DNA of 64,000 nt from Eledone cirrhosa (taxonomy: Eukaryota): the NCBI GenBank assembly GCA_964016885.1, contig OZ024751.1:27404001-27468000 (forward strand), given 5' to 3'. Within the stretch, counting starts at the first letter, position 1. Every line of letters starts with the position of its first letter. Below are positions 42,801 to 51,410 of this stretch, in pieces. The notes below the pieces were generated by a model. It was given only the letters and a program-made list of their open reading frames with translations, had not been told where the DNA came from and made no database searches. The position numbers and the translations under genes are program-made.

Positions 42801-45800
42801 TGATTCGATGTTTTCTAATATTTCCTGGTCAACATGAGGATCTCGAAACTGTTCAGACTGGATGAGAAAAGAAAGAGACAAAGTTATAGTGAGGTAGAGG
42901 TGTTAGTTTGTTAGACCAAGCTGTTATCTTCAGTCCCTGGATTCTAGGCAAGTAGCCTGCTTCAGATTATCTATGTGACGTGGCATCCATCCTGCCTTTC
43001 TTCTGAGGATAGCAAAAGACAAGCTTTGAGCCAACTAATGCCTTATAAATGAAGTTGAGAGGCAGAAACTGTATGGACCTCTTACAGATATTATATGATG
43101 ATGGTGATATATATAGATATGAAAGGATAAAGATCCCATAACTCCTTGTGGAGTCATAGATGTACCGTCATATGGTGTGTCTAGGGCACATTTAAACCTG
43201 GTGGAGCCCAACCCTCTCCAGCTCTGAACACAGCCAATTTTTTCTATAGAGGAAGAATCAAACCCAGGACTTGGTACTTTTTTTATTGACCTTGAAAGGA
43301 TGAAAGGCAAAATTGACCGTGGCGGGATTTGAACTCAAAACGTGCAATGAGGTGGGACGAATACCATAAAGCATTCTATCTGACATCTCAACAACTCTGT
43401 CAATTCGCCACCTTGATATATATGTATGTATATATATATATATATATATATATAAATGTGTGTGTGTGTGAATATGTATATATCATCATCATCATTTTAA
43501 TGTCTGCTTTCCCTGCTAGCAAGGATTGGATAAATCTACATGGACCAAGTCAGTAGCAGAGCTATTGATCTCCCAGACAAGCCAGAGATTGTTGTCACAC
43601 ATATGTACAGTCCCACGTTCTACTGGAGGTTATGTTGTTGATACATCTGAGGATTTCCAAACCCTTTGTTTGGCAATCTTTCTACAGCTGGATGCCCTTC
43701 CTATCACCAACCATTTTACTGCCTTTACTAGGTGTGTTTATTGTGTATACCACCAAACACTAAGGAGGCTGCCATGCATTGATGCGACTGAAGGGTAACC
43801 CTTTGTTTGGCAAGCCCTCCACAGCTGGATGCCCTGTCCATCACCAACTGCTTCACAAGGAGGCAGCAGCTAGGAACATGTGTGAAGAGGGAGCATGTAT
43901 ACACATGTATATATCATCATTTTTACATCTTTTTTTCCATGCAAGAATGGGTTGGACAGGACTTCTTGAGGGAGTGATGTACAGTATGTATGAGCCTAAA
44001 AAGGCTCAACCTGACTAAACAGTATAAAAAAAAAATACATTTGACAATCTAGTTGTACACACCCCTAAAAATGTCTTTAAATATAGGTCTATTGGATGAA
44101 GGTTAATTTAAGGCTAAACAACAACAACCATATAGCAGCCAGCCAAACTGAGGACAGTAAAAGAAGTCTTGCCCCATCCTGAACTACTCAACACAATGAC
44201 TATAGTATGGTTAATGACTCAAGTATGAAGTGTGGACTTACTTTAGACTTTGTAACAGCTGGGTCAGAACTCAACTGCTGTGGACTCAGAACAGTCTCAT
44301 TTGTAGGGGACTGGACATTGTCCTGAAATAGAAATGAAATAGTATGGTAACATATTGCCTTAATATGTAATCCTCTTTACAAATGACAGGACACACACAT
44401 ATACACCGTATACTACACATATGCTGAAGGAGCAACCCAGTGATGTAGGGTGGTTGATGCAGCGAGTGTTGCTGGCTTTTCTCCAGTGTAGAGTCTGTCA
44501 CTCCCTACCACAGCTGTGATATACCCACTAGACTGGGGTGTAGAGTCTACCACTCCCTTCCCTCACTAATTAATTTTTTCTTTTCATTTTCATTTGTTTA
44601 TTAATATACAAAAATTGATTTTCGGTTTTTATTTGAAACTAGACCACCCGTTGGGTCATGTTCACTTCAAAATATTTTTTAAATAATTTAAATATACACA
44701 CCACCACCACCAGCTCTGCCATTCTCCTCTCTCTCCTCTCCCTTTCTCTATGTATCTCTTTCAATTTACTCTCTCTCAATCACTATCTCTTTCTCTCTCT
44801 CTCTCTTTATGAAGGTACCCAGAAAAACCCCATATCTCTGGAAACCGTGTTCAGATTTATGCAAAACTTGTTTTATTTCATTTGTATTCCCATTTCAGGG
44901 TCAACTTCCTTTCAAAGTATTTTCCCATTATGCACCCTTTTGGCTGTATTACATTACAGACAAGCAATCACAGAGTTTTAGTAGTATATAGATAGAAAAA
45001 CAACAGTTTGTTGGGAGAGAAACAAGTAGTAGAGATGAAGGGGTCTAGAATGAAAGCAGGGTGGTATATTTTATTAGCTCCAGTAACCTGCTGTCCTGCC
45101 GCCTTCCACACCATACTGGTCATCAAGCATGGCTTGGATGCTGTAGGCTTCCACTCCAAGATAGAGCTGGCAAAAGTCTAGGCAGCATGACCATCTTCCT
45201 GTTCTCCAGTGGTAAACTCCTCATCTGCGATGCCATATGCAGCAACACATTCTCCAGTGGCAACCTGGTGCAGTCTGCGACTAACCCAGGCTCTGCTGCA
45301 CTTTGGGCTGAGGAGGGTAAACTCTCCAAATATTGATTGCTCTCCAACAGGTTTGTGGTCGGGCCCCAAGCAATGGAGACTTCTGGTGTCGTTGTCCCTA
45401 GGACCACCTCACTACTCACCACCATCAACACAGAGTTGGCTATCCAAAGGTGTGAGCCTCATGAGCTGGAATGAGGGCCCCCATTGGCCCAAAACAGTGA
45501 GAGTTGGGGAGAGTAGGAGAGACGGAGGCAATAACAGTGGGAGTTTCGTTCTTTTGTGTTTGGACCTGGAGTATGTGTATATAAGAGAGAATGATGCTGT
45601 AATTAATAGTGCAAAGTCCATTTTGCTACATCTAAAGACACCAACAAATCCATTTATCTACCTGGTTTGGCTGTTTGTGGCCTGTGGGATTGATGCCCTT
45701 ATTATTCAATCAATCTTCTTTGCTTTTATCTATCTTTAGCTGTTCTATTCACAGTTATGAGGTCCCGGGCTCGGTGCCACTGTGCGACATATTTAATGAG

Positions 45801-46643
45801 TGTTTTCTTTTTGGGAGGAGGTGAGCTCCTATTACAGACTAGTCAACTGTGAAATAAGGGGTAGACTGACACCGTTTGGAACCTCGTTGGCTCGATGAAC
45901 CGTCAAACGTCAGCTTCATCTCACATCGTGTCAGTGATTCTGCCCGAGAATTCTGATCAAGATACACGTGTCTATGGAATATTGAGCCACTGGACACGTT
46001 AACGAGTAAACAAGTGTGTTCAGTAATTGCTTGTACAACTGGACACTAATTCCTGTATTCGGCAGGTGAGTCCGTCTCATAGCATGCATGATCTCGTAAA
46101 CCCTGGAGGAGTAGGACGGGAAACTGTATTGACATACGGCGTTTCTAGGGCATTTTAAAAAGACCTGACGGAACCATCTCCTCTCCAAGTTTGAATACAG
46201 TAGATAGAGAGAATGGAAGTGAGAAAGAGATATAGAGGAAGAACTGGTCCCAGTACTTGCTACTTTTTTTAATCGACCTCGAATGGATAAAAGGCAAAGT
46301 TAACCTCGGTGAGATTTGAACTGAGAGAGTAGAGTCGGAACGAATACTGCAAAGCATTTTATCTGACATTCTAACTACTCTGCCAATTCGCCTAAACCCC
46401 TACATGGAATCCTTGACCCCTTATCGATACAAGGCATGTACAAAAATAAATTAAGTAATCAGTAAAGAGAATATAATATAAAATAGGACAAGACTAATTA
46501 TATTAAAAAAATACAACTTATATAAACAAGTATTTTAGTCTATTATTTTAGCTATATCAGGTTTTTACTGAAAGGTTCAATTGACTCCTTGCGTAGCCCC
46601 ATCAACCCTTAGGAGTCGATATCGACAACTTCGAGAACCATTG

Positions 46644-46684
<41 letters not shown>

Positions 46685-47073
46685 TATAATTGAAAATAGA
46701 TCTGGAAAGAAGAAAATGGAAATATCTCGTCGGCTGCAGTGGATGTATATAGAGGTTAGGGTTAGAGTAGGTCGTGAGTGGAACATGCGGAAAAAATCCG
46801 GTGAATGGGACGAAATATTTTCATTTTCTCCATACCAGACCGATTGTCAATGATACACATTAAGTATATATATATATATATATATAATATATAATGTATT
46901 GCCTTGTCCGATGAACGAATGAGGAAGTTTTTTGTATTCGTCTTATTCGGGAAACCTTTGGTAATGAGGTAATTATATTGTATTGTTTATTATACATTCA
47001 ATTTAGCTCTGTAACTTACATAGAGCACTCTTCACTCCTATGACTTTTTCAATTTTCAACGGAAACTTCAATA

Positions 47074-47123
<50 letters not shown>

Positions 47124-47673
47124 TGTGCGGTGTGTTAGTGTGTGAGGGTTGTGTTTGCTGTGGTAGTTAGATAACTATATCAACATGACTATCACACTTG
47201 CCCTATGGGGTGGGTCTCTTCTTTTACCACTGACACACTATCGATTCTTTTCACTAACAAGCACAAATGAATTCATACATACATATCTACAATATCATAT
47301 ATAGCAACTCTCGCCAATGACAATCACACATTACTACTATTACTAATACAAATCTGTGCCAACGGGAAAGACTCGACACTGACATGTTAGAAATAGCAGC
47401 CAAACACACCTCCTCAGATTAGTCTTGTTGAAAAGAAGCGATATCTAGCATACATAGGTCGGTGTCCTAAACACTCCGAAAGAAAACAGAATGTTTATGG
47501 GTAAAATACCTTCCTACATAGGCCTACTCAATTACAGTTGACCTTAACATAACTACAACATGTATCTGTGTGTATATATATATATATATGTGTGTGTGTG
47601 CGTGTGGACAGAATGCAAGCCACCAACCTACCTGTTTGCCTATCAACAGCTTCAATTTCTTTTTAATATCCAT
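2937..47673 (-). CDS. VPS50: VPS50 / syndetin (CCDC132), EARP complex subunit; complete 26-exon gene span, 944 aa predicted
   Basis: 26 manually spliced GT-AG exons with consistent phases sum to 2835 nt without internal stops. Peptides match recalled human VPS50 throughout (e.g. [73 protein letters not shown]). Confidence 0.96.
3201..3920. repeat. 48-bp minisatellite, about 15 copies (MITE terminus)
   Basis: unit ttaaccctttcattaccatatttctaatcaaagacactgtctatgtct. Confidence 0.95.
4358..4448 (-). CDS. VPS50: VPS50 exon 25 ([30 protein letters not shown])
   Basis: TAG/GTGAGT, 91 nt. Confidence 0.95.
4894..5594. repeat. Perfect 278-bp inverted repeat with 145-bp spacer, flanked by (TA)n
   Basis: 4894-5171 is the reverse complement of 5317-5594. 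Confidence 0.95.
5752..5850 (-). CDS. VPS50: VPS50 exon 24 ([32 protein letters not shown])
   Basis: CAG/GTATTT, 99 nt. Confidence 0.94.
6259..6380 (-). CDS. VPS50: VPS50 exon 23 ([17 protein letters not shown]...[14 protein letters not shown])
   Basis: TAG/GTAAGT, 122 nt. Confidence 0.94.
6455..8468. repeat. 27-bp minisatellite (24-27 bp variants)
   Basis: unit tgtcacagtgtcacactactgtagtga. Confidence 0.97.
8490..9520. repeat. 55-bp minisatellite, about 19 copies
   Basis: unit acattcctcaactggactatagtctcctgtcaagttacatctggtcactcaccag. Confidence 0.97.
9592..9750 (-). CDS. VPS50: VPS50 exon 22 ([13 protein letters not shown]...[20 protein letters not shown])
   Basis: CAG/GTCAGT, 159 nt. Confidence 0.95.
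9775..9997. repeat. About 38-bp G-rich minisatellite
   Basis: gtaagaatgggaggggtttatgtgacagagagggggg. Confidence 0.9.
10675..10771 (-). CDS. VPS50: VPS50 exon 21 ([32 protein letters not shown])
   Basis: CAG/GTAACA, 97 nt. Confidence 0.95.
11520..12676. repeat. 20-bp minisatellite
   Basis: unit cacaccaccatcaactatac. Confidence 0.97.
12709..12806 (-). CDS. VPS50: VPS50 exon 20 ([32 protein letters not shown])
   Basis: CAG/GTCAGT, 98 nt. Confidence 0.92.
12884..14178. repeat. (GTGTA/GTGTG/GTGAT)n pentamer array with higher-order repeats
   Basis: direct inspection. Confidence 0.95.
14188..14310 (-). CDS. VPS50: VPS50 exon 19 ([24 protein letters not shown]...EKT)
   Basis: TAG/GTAAGT, 123 nt; matches RLRTTLNRIQESLI. 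Confidence 0.9.
14588..14614 (-). CDS. VPS50: VPS50 exon 18, 27-nt microexon (VYIFFSSDG)
   Basis: TTTATTTCTAG acceptor, GTAAGT donor; fills the gap equivalent to human IYTFFGRND. Confidence 0.85.
15157..15248 (-). CDS. VPS50: VPS50 exon 17 ([30 protein letters not shown])
   Basis: AAG acceptor with weak pyrimidine tract, GTAAGT donor, 92 nt. Confidence 0.93.
15881..16520. repeat. 20-bp minisatellite, 32 copies
   Basis: unit atatcactaagttagtac(a/t)t. Confidence 0.97.
16523..16608 (-). CDS. VPS50: VPS50 exon 16 ([28 protein letters not shown])
   Basis: CAG/GTAAGT, 86 nt; matches PILTNTTLNVIRLVG. Confidence 0.92.
16863..16963 (-). CDS. VPS50: VPS50 exon 15 ([33 protein letters not shown])
   Basis: CAG/GTACGT, 101 nt; matches [21 protein letters not shown]. 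Confidence 0.92.
17523..17702 (-). CDS. VPS50: VPS50 exon 14 (EFRFMQ...[21 protein letters not shown])
   Basis: CAG/GTCAGT, 180 nt; EFRFM and NPF motifs conserved. Confidence 0.9.
18385..18660 (+). mobile_element. tRNA-derived SINE (CORE-like)
   Basis: A box TGGCCTAGTGG, B-box-like GGTTCCATTC, core cttgagcaaaacacttcattttacattgctccagt. Confidence 0.7.
19127..19217 (-). CDS. VPS50: VPS50 exon 13 ([30 protein letters not shown])
   Basis: TAG/GTAGGA, 91 nt. Confidence 0.95.
19410..19812 (+). mobile_element. Non-autonomous RTE-related element (GC-rich head fused to RTE 3' tail)
   Basis: Ends aacccatgctagcgtggaagatggatgttaaac(GAT)n, a tail recurring at 26400-26460, 35425, 48740 and 52050. Confidence 0.6.
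19887..19985 (-). CDS. VPS50: VPS50 exon 12 ([32 protein letters not shown])
   Basis: CAG/GTTTGT, 99 nt. Confidence 0.94.
20430..20613 (-). CDS. VPS50: VPS50 exon 11 (...[42 protein letters not shown])
   Basis: CAG/GTATGT, 184 nt, phase 1/2. Confidence 0.94.
20755..21030 (+). mobile_element. RTE LINE 3' end fragment
   Basis: [16 protein letters not shown]-type C-terminus plus ccct(t)gcaagcagggaaaagtgga-(GAT)n tail. Confidence 0.65.
21702..21828 (-). CDS. VPS50: VPS50 exon 10 ([22 protein letters not shown]...)
   Basis: CAG/GTAAGT, 127 nt. Confidence 0.95.
22150..22985 (+). mobile_element. Decayed RTE LINE reverse transcriptase fragment
   Basis: [17 protein letters not shown], Cys-rich [37 protein letters not shown]; stops and frameshifts. 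Confidence 0.85.
23055..23350 (-). mobile_element. Tandem copies of an abundant tRNA-derived SINE (MetaSINE-like core)
   Basis: Shared tatcgaccccgaaaggatgaaaggcaaagttaacctcggc..gatttgaactcag; other copies at about 10340-10630, 15400-15535, 30175-30420, 43265-43410, 46240-46390 and 49140-49300 (+). Confidence 0.75.
23890..24410. repeat. About 30-bp minisatellite
   Basis: acatagcaacaggaggggacactacatcta. Confidence 0.9.
24590..25196. repeat. 24-bp minisatellite
   Basis: ccaccactgccccactattca(g/c)tg. Confidence 0.97.
26040..27620 (+). mobile_element. Decayed R4/Dong-clade non-LTR retrotransposon (RT plus restriction-like endonuclease)
   Basis: [37 protein letters not shown], Cys/His knuckle remnant, RHD, and D-IMIWD..VSCPAD RLE motif; interrupted by a SINE/RTE-tail piece at about 26280-26460. 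Confidence 0.8.
27999..29288 (-). mobile_element. Full-length decayed mariner (Tc1/mariner) transposon, about 1.29 kb
   Basis: Imperfect TIRs (aaggggtcggctgaaaagttcataggctgac / gtcagcctatgaactgttcaactgacccttg) with TA ends; [16 protein letters not shown] catalytic motif; ORF broken. Confidence 0.9.
29895..30140. repeat. 20-bp minisatellite
   Basis: tactatatctaattaaaaag. Confidence 0.95.
30690..31440. repeat. Three adjacent short minisatellites (about 28, 49 and 44 bp units)
   Basis: ccccagtagatgactggta..., ctctagtcaggagctctc..., ggaaggggcagtaact... Confidence 0.85.
32628..32768 (-). CDS. VPS50: VPS50 exon 9 ([19 protein letters not shown]...QYSDLCK)
   Basis: TAG/GTAAGT, 141 nt. Confidence 0.95.
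33105..33329 (-). CDS. VPS50: VPS50 exon 8 ([15 protein letters not shown]...AYRLLGKTQ)
   Basis: CAG/GTAAGA, 225 nt open. Confidence 0.95.
34268..34303 (-). CDS. VPS50: VPS50 exon 7 ([12 protein letters not shown])
   Basis: CAG/GTAAGT, 36 nt, near-identical to human QRTDVRLSEMLE. Confidence 0.92.
34745..35015 (-). mobile_element. Internally deleted Tx1/L1-like LINE
   Basis: Endonuclease N-terminus [14 protein letters not shown]...VVAISETR abuts RT-thumb segment [16 protein letters not shown]. Confidence 0.7.
35731..35848 (-). CDS. VPS50: VPS50 exon 6 ([39 protein letters not shown])
   Basis: CAG/GTCAGT, 118 nt. Confidence 0.93.
35910..36337. mobile_element. TTAA-bounded piggyBac-like MITE
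   Basis: TTAA-CTCTTT...AAAAGGG-TTAA; relatives at 3874-4105, 21881-22140, about 32000-32252 and 49831-50608. Confidence 0.6.
36427..36551 (-). CDS. VPS50: VPS50 exon 5 ([41 protein letters not shown])
   Basis: CAG/GTAAAC, 125 nt, strong similarity. Confidence 0.93.
37258..42095. repeat. 36/38-bp minisatellite, about 4.8 kb (about 130 copies)
   Basis: ccagttagacctgtc(t/a)acctcctctagacacacaca. Confidence 0.98.
42153..42224 (-). CDS. VPS50: VPS50 exon 4 ([24 protein letters not shown])
   Basis: CAG/GTAAGT, 72 nt. Confidence 0.9.
42753..42857 (-). CDS. VPS50: VPS50 exon 3 ([35 protein letters not shown])
   Basis: Pyrimidine tract plus CAG, GTATGT donor; similar to human DPQAEQELINSIEQVYFS..FDIVKYELE. 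Confidence 0.9.
44242..44322 (-). CDS. VPS50: VPS50 exon 2 ([27 protein letters not shown])
   Basis: TTTCAG acceptor, GTAAGT donor, 81 nt open, phase 0/0; low sequence conservation. Confidence 0.75.
45100..45490 (+). mobile_element. CRE-like non-LTR retrotransposon 3' fragment (RLE domain)
   Basis: [27 protein letters not shown]...[16 protein letters not shown]...PQAMETSGV matches the CRE-type RPDG..WDATC..AE..K..KY..ETSG pattern, degenerate. Confidence 0.65.
46893..46979 (+). ncRNA. Type I hammerhead-ribozyme-like motif (CCGAUGA core variant)
   Basis: Stem I ATTGCCTTGT/ATGAGGTAAT, core CCGATGA, stem II CGAATGAGG/TCTTATTCG, GAAA, stem III ACC-TTT-GGT, GUA site. Confidence 0.6.
47632..47673 (-). 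CDS. VPS50: VPS50 exon 1 coding part ([14 protein letters not shown])
   Basis: ATG followed by CAG|GTAGGT donor; resembles human N-terminus MQKIKSLMTRQ; phase 0. Confidence 0.8.
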
Positions 47674-47714
47674 CACTACAACTCCATCGAAAAAACAACG
47701 ACGACAATAACAAC

Positions 47715-47748
<34 letters not shown>

Positions 47749-47975
47749 AAACAACGGCGTGTGTGTGTCTCTATATAGTCCAATTATTAACTACATGAGA
47801 GAGACTACATATATATATATGACAGTCTAATGTATTTTATAAGAGTAAGACAAAGTATATCTATCTCACTCTATATCCAAGTGTATGTGTTATATACCAG
47901 ACACGGGAGAAAGAGGGGTTGTGTATATAAATATGACAGTGTTATATGACAGAAAGTGGAGCTGGAATGTAGAAG

Positions 47976-48016
47976 TCAGCCATTTTTCAGTAATGATAAG
48001 AGCGGCACCTGGTGAC
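47976..48016. promoter_or_regulatory. Candidate VPS50 promoter motifs: YY1-like CAGCCATTTT and CTCF/E-box-like AGCGGCACCTGGTGA
   Basis: Motif resemblance about 300 bp upstream of the ATG; no functional data. Confidence 0.3.
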
Positions 48017-49898
48017 AAATGAACAAACTCACTAGACGTAACTCGTCTTAACACTGAAATGTATGAGAAGCTGTGTTGGTAGTAATAGTCTGTGGTGGTG
48101 GTATTGTAATGGTGCTGGTGTTGTATTGGTTGTGGTGTAAAGGTGGTATTGTAGTGGTGATGGTGTAGAGGTGGTGGTGGTGGTATTGTAGTGGTGGTGG
48201 TGTAGTGCTGGTGGTGGTGTAGTACTGGTGTTGTAGAGGTGGTGGTGTAGTGCTGATGTTGTAGTGGTGGTGGTGTAGTGGTGGTGGTGTAGAAATGGTG
48301 ACATTGTAGTGGTTGTGGTGTAGAGGTGGTGGTATTGTAGTGGTGTATCTGTCTGAGCAGGCAGTCTGCTAATATGCAAATCAGGCTGATCAGTCACTGT
48401 ATATTCCAGAAAATATCATATATTTTCACTAGCTCTGACAGTTGGCAGGTAAACAGTATATGGTACTGCTGAAGGGTAATCACCCAAACACATTAGAGTC
48501 TGCAGTTCTGTTTGTATGCCAACACAAGAGTGATAATGACAGAGTCATTCTACTGACATGGTTTAAGAGGCTGTTTGCATAATTGCAAACAAATCGAATA
48601 TTATTATTAATATTCAAAAAACTCAAATTTGTAATTTGGGTTTTTTGAATATTAATAATAATATTCGATTTGTTTGCAATTATGCAAACAGCCTCTTAAA
48701 CCATGTCATTATCACTCTTGTTTATATATATATATAAACCCATGCAAGCGTGGAAGATGGACGTTAAACTATGATGATGATATAATTGGAGGTGTGCCAT
48801 CCAGTATAAGATAGATGTGAGTTTGTGTCCCACAAACAATGCTGTCCACTTTTGTTTTTTGTCTCTTGGGGTTTATTTGTCATACTTGTTTGACTATTTT
48901 TCATAGTCAAAAACCTGTGTTAACTTTAAGCTAACATTCATTCAAATTTCATGTTAGATGGTAATCTTTCAACTGTTCAGCTCAGATAACAACTGGTTTA
49001 AACAAGTTGTCTCAGAATATCAATACCTTTTATCTTTGAGACAAGTCCACCTTGTCTCATACAGGTTAATCAGTAAAACACTCTTTGTTCACTTTTTTTT
49101 GTCTGCAGTTCTGAGGTAAGGAATTATCATTATTATTGCTAGGAGGTGCAGTGGCAAAGTCAGTAGAGTAAGACAACATGATTTGAGGCATAGAGTTACG
49201 GCCCTTTACGTACTGCGTTCAAATCCGGCTGAGGTTAGATTTGACTCTCATCCTTATGGGATCAGTAAAATAAAGAACCAGTAATACACTGGGTCAATAA
49301 AATAAAAGACCAGTAAACGGTGAAGCTAGAAAGTGTGAAGTCATATATACATTGAATTGTACTGTTGTGAGGTACTGTTGTACTGTTGTGAGGTACTGTT
49401 GTAAGGTACTGTTGTACTGTTGTAAGGTACTGTTGTACTGTTGTAAGGTACTGTTGTGAGGTACTGTTGTAAGGTACTGTTGTACTGTTGTAAGGTACTG
49501 TTGTGAGGTACTGTTGTAAGGTACTGTTGTAAGGTACTGTTGTAAGGTACTGTTGTACTGTTGTAAGGTACTGTTGTAAGGTACTGTTGTACTGTTGTAA
49601 GGTACTGTTGTGAGGTACTGTTGTAAGGTACTGTTGTACTGTTGTATGTGTTTTACACTGTGTACAAGGAGGAAAGGAGAGAGAGATAAAAGTTTCCTCA
49701 AACAGGAGAGTTGAGTAAAATGGTTACACCAAAACTGAGTGTTAAATTCAACCAGTGATAAACTGGGGGTGTTAGTCCTGGTGGTAAGGTTAACCAGTGA
49801 TAAACTGGGGATGTTAGTCTGATGGTAGTGTTAAACCTTTTGGATACCAAATTGTCCCTGGTTATATAATACAAAGCAGTTTATCTTAAAGTGTTTAT

Positions 49899-50507
49899 CT
49901 TCCTCTTCTTTACCCACTTATTCCTGAGGGGGTCATGGGGGCAGAGTCCTCAACCACTCCCCCCAGCAGGTCCTGTCAGAAGCAACCATCTCCAACTGGT
50001 CCAACTGGATCCCCAAGTGAGACCAGCCAAGCTCATGGTTGTTATCCAACCATCTTGCTCGGGTCTACCCCTGGGTCTCCTGCCAGTTGATTTTACCCAT
50101 AAAAACTGTTCAGCAATTCTTTCCTGAACAATCTAACCACATGTCCATAGTATCGGAGCTGTGATCTCTCAATTCAGAGAAGTAGCAGCTCTACTTGGAG
50201 TGACTCTCTAATCTCATAGGTAAGGGTTGGCACAGAAACCGAATTGAAGAAAGCGAGTTTGGCTTTTTCATCTACCTCCTTTCTTCTGATTACTGAATGC
50301 TGTAGCTGGCACATTACTGCACCAGCTCCTGCAATTCTTGCACTAAATTCAACCTTCTGCCTTCCATCACTCGTGAACACAGCCCCAAGATACTTGAACG
50401 TCTCTACCTGCTTCAGTGGAACTCCATTCACATATAGCGTGCACTGTGCAGGCTTCCTTGAGAGGAGGAGTATCTCAGTTTTCACAGCACTGATTTTCAT
50501 TCCAGCC
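49899..50507 (-). mobile_element. 5'-truncated RTE-like LINE with 9-bp TSD AGTGTTTAT, inserted in a TTAA MITE
   Basis: LKQVETFKYLGAVFTSDG RT thumb motif; AGTGTTTAT at 49890-49898 and 50508-50516. Confidence 0.82.
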
Positions 50508-51351
50508 AGTGTTTATATTTAACTAAAAAACATGTAAGAAACTTTGTTAAGTTATATTCCAAACACCAACAGTGTATTTCATAAGAGATATGGTAATGAA
50601 AGGGTATAGCAGTTCTAACTAATAAATTATAAAAATAGCAGGAACACAATACACAGCAAAGTGAAAGAAAAAAAAAACCAAGAATTCTGCAATAAATCAT
50701 TTATTTCTCTCTGAAAATTATTTCCAAAGAACACAGTAAAACAATGATCAACATTATTATTATTATCATAATTATTATTATTATCATAATTATCATTATT
50801 ATCATCCACTTGATTCACAAAAAATAACAAATTTTTATTGATGTATTTTTTTGATGATGGGGGAGGTTTGGCTCCCTCCATTAAATTGTTTTTTCCTTTT
50901 TATTTTAGAGTGAGCAAAACATAACAGAGACAAAGAAAAACTTCTTGCCCCGAACCTGTTTCTACACACAGGGCAGGGGTAGATACCAGATTTTATATAA
51001 ACATTTGCTTTGAGCTTTTCGTGAAAAATAATAAAAAATAAAGCAGTTTTATCAACTTCAGTGAGAAGATGCAATTTGGATTTTGTCATAAATTACATTT
51101 TTATTAATTTTTTTGTTCATTTCTTTATACCTTTAGTTGTTTTTTTGTTGAAAGTTTTGGGCTTTTTTCTATGTTGTTGTTGTAGTTGTGCCTTGATGTG
51201 GAATTTGTAAACATAATCATATTCACGAAGACATGAGTGTGATGTGTGTGTGAATGTGTGTGTATGTTTGCATATATATATATATATAGAGAGAGATATT
51301 TAAATATATTTATGTATAAATAGATATACATGGATATATTATATATACAAG

Positions 51352-51410
<59 letters not shown>

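Noticed and set aside
45209-45739. 176-aa ORF as an independent nested gene
   Set aside because: It overlaps a decayed CRE-like retrotransposon read in another frame and shows no recognisable domain.
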